NCBI GenBank assembly: GCA_038858525.1
Contig: JAWCFL010000059.1
Coordinates: forward strand, 1-6,742
DNA length: 6,742 bases
Direction of reading: 5' to 3'
Origin: Candidatus Jordarchaeales archaeon
GTDB lineage: Archaea > Asgardarchaeota > Jordiarchaeia > Jordiarchaeales > Freyrarchaeaceae
Position numbers and translations under genes: made by a program. Of this stretch, positions 5,360-6,742 are shown piece after piece (the stretch's first letter is position 1; the number at the start of each line of letters is the position of its first letter). The notes under the pieces are model-generated. The model saw only the letters and a program-made list of their open reading frames with translations. It was not told the DNA's origin and ran no database searches.

Positions 5360-6742
5360 TTAAGTTACCTTTAGAAGTGGCGCCTCGAGCTCATCCGCCA
5401 GGTGTGATTCTGCCTTTCTTCTTTTCTCTAGAAACTCGTAGTAACTTTTTGCGTTTCTCAATGCGTCACACGTCCTCCTCATATCTGGGTACACTGGTAT
5501 TTTCTCTTTGACTAGCGTGTCCCTTAGTCTTACCCATAGTGCTTCGTCTCCCACGGGGGAGAGAACAACGACGAACGGCTTCCCTTTCTCTATGGCGTTC
5601 TTGCCCGACTTTATGAGTGCCTCCATGAATTCTCCTCTGAAGGCGTCACTCTGCCTCCAACTGTAAGCTAGATACATCACTGGCAAGTCAAATATTATCA
5701 GGTCTATGTTTGGGTCACCGGTCATGACATCTATGACTGTTGAGACGACGCCGGGATTGTAGTACGCGGCTGATACGTCGACAGGATTAATGACGCTTAT
5801 CCCCTCAGGGTAAACACGCCTAACCTCTTCATCAATAAGCCTAATTGTTTCCTCTCTTAGGGGAGGAACCCTGAATCCTGCTTCGGAGAGAAGGTCGCTT
5901 ATGGTGACGCTTGCACCGCCACTAATGGATATGCTGCCAACACTGTTCCCTCTTATCGGCGGGAGGAACGAAAAAGTGAGCGCTGTGTCGACAAGCTCTT
6001 CAAGTGTTTTGACTTCCACGACGCCCGTCTGCCTAAACACGGCGCTCCAAATCCTGTGGCTCCCCGCAAGAGATCCCGTATGCGAGGCACATGCTCTGGC
6101 TCCATCCTCGCTTCTCCCACCCTTCCACACTATGAGAGGCTTTTTCAGGGAAACCTCTAAGAAAGTCTCCGCTAGGCCCTTTGCATCCTTTATGCCTTCA
6201 ATGTAGGCTGCCACAACTCTCGTTTCAGGGTCGTCCTTAAAGTAGAGCAGAAGCTCCTCCAGCCCTATGTCACAAGCGTTGCCAAAACTTACAACCTTAC
6301 TGAACCTTAGCCCCCTAGTATGGCCGTAGAGTATAACTAGGTTAGCTAACCCACCGCTCTGACTTATAAATGCGACGTCCCCGGCGTCGAGAGGGAGGTT
6401 AGCTCTCCAAGCGAGTCCAATCCTCGGATTATAGAGGCCTAGACAGTTGGGCCCAAGAACACGTGTTTTGCTCCCTCTTATTATCTCTTTGATCTTCTCC
6501 TCAAGTTCTATGCCTTCCTTGCGTCCTGTCTCGCTGAAGCCAGCGGTGAATATGGCTACGAGCTTCACTCCCTTCTTAACGCAGTCCTCAATGATCCCCG
6601 GAACAGTATGCGCCGGCGTCTCAACGAAGACAAAATCTACCTTGTCAGGAATGTCTGTTACGCGAGGATAGACCTTCAGTCCAAGCTCCGGTATCTCGCT
6701 CCTACCTGGATTTACAGCATAAACTCTACCCTTAAATCTCAG
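5360..6742 (-). CDS. acdA: ADP-forming acetate/acyl-CoA synthetase alpha subunit (CoA-binding protein), 5'-truncated by the window edge
   Basis: The frame stays open past 6568 to the window end (LRFKGRVYAVNPGRSEIPELGLKVYPRVTDIPDKVDFVFVETP...). It contains AGFSE, RVLGPNCLG, AFISQSG, VSFGNACD, YIEG, WKGGRS, the phospho-His motif ASHTGSLAG and NPVDVS. It has no fused ATP-grasp domain at the C-terminus. Substrate specificity cannot be determined. Confidence 0.9.
   Translation of the reverse strand: MRFKGRVYAVNPGRSEIPELGLKVYPRVTDIPDKVDFVFVETPAHTVPGIIEDCVKKGVKLVAIFTAGFSETGRKEGIELEEKIKEIIRGSKTRVLGPNCLGLYNPRIGLAWRANLPLDAGDVAFISQSGGLANLVILYGHTRGLRFSKVVSFGNACDIGLEELLLYFKDDPETRVVAAYIEGIKDAKGLAETFLEVSLKKPLIVWKGGRSEDGARACASHTGSLAGSHRIWSAVFRQTGVVEVKTLEELVDTALTFSFLPPIRGNSVGSISISGGASVTISDLLSEAGFRVPPLREETIRLIDEEVRRVYPEGISVINPVDVSAAYYNPGVVSTVIDVMTGDPNIDLIIFDLPVMYLAYSWRQSDAFRGEFMEALIKSGKNAIEKGKPFVVVLSPVGDEALWVRLRDTLVKEKIPVYPDMRRTCDALRNAKSYYEFLEKRRKAESHLADELEAPLLKVT

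Noticed and set aside
5901-6671. Plus-strand ORFs 5901-6206 and 6447-6671
   Set aside because: They are antisense shadows of the acyl-CoA synthetase gene.
1-6742. CRISPR array, IS element or rRNA
   Set aside because: I found no regularly spaced repeats, transposase motifs, terminal inverted repeats with target duplications or rRNA signature sequences.

Overview
Probably archaeal DNA: TATA-like TTTAAATA boxes, frequent AGG/AGA/ATA codons, a HEPN-MNT pair and a stand-alone acyl-CoA synthetase alpha subunit all point that way (inference). Gene order: structured convergent intergenic stretch (55-114); MFS transporter (-); about 480 bp AT-rich divergent intergenic region; a HEPN-MNT toxin-antitoxin-type pair missed or fragmented by the ORF track, with frameshifts at homopolymer runs and substitutions in conserved motifs (probable double pseudogene); CPBP/Rce1-like intramembrane metalloprotease (+); ABHD/BEM46-like alpha/beta hydrolase (+); about 200 bp spacer with predicted helices; stand-alone Zn-binding HNH-type nuclease (+); and an ADP-forming acyl-CoA synthetase alpha subunit (-) running off the right edge. 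No rRNA, tRNA, CRISPR array or transposase was found. The best leads are the decayed or slippage-controlled HEPN-MNT locus, the orphan HNH nuclease with its structured upstream region, and the CPBP + ABHD-like pair. None is demonstrated to be a new system from sequence alone.
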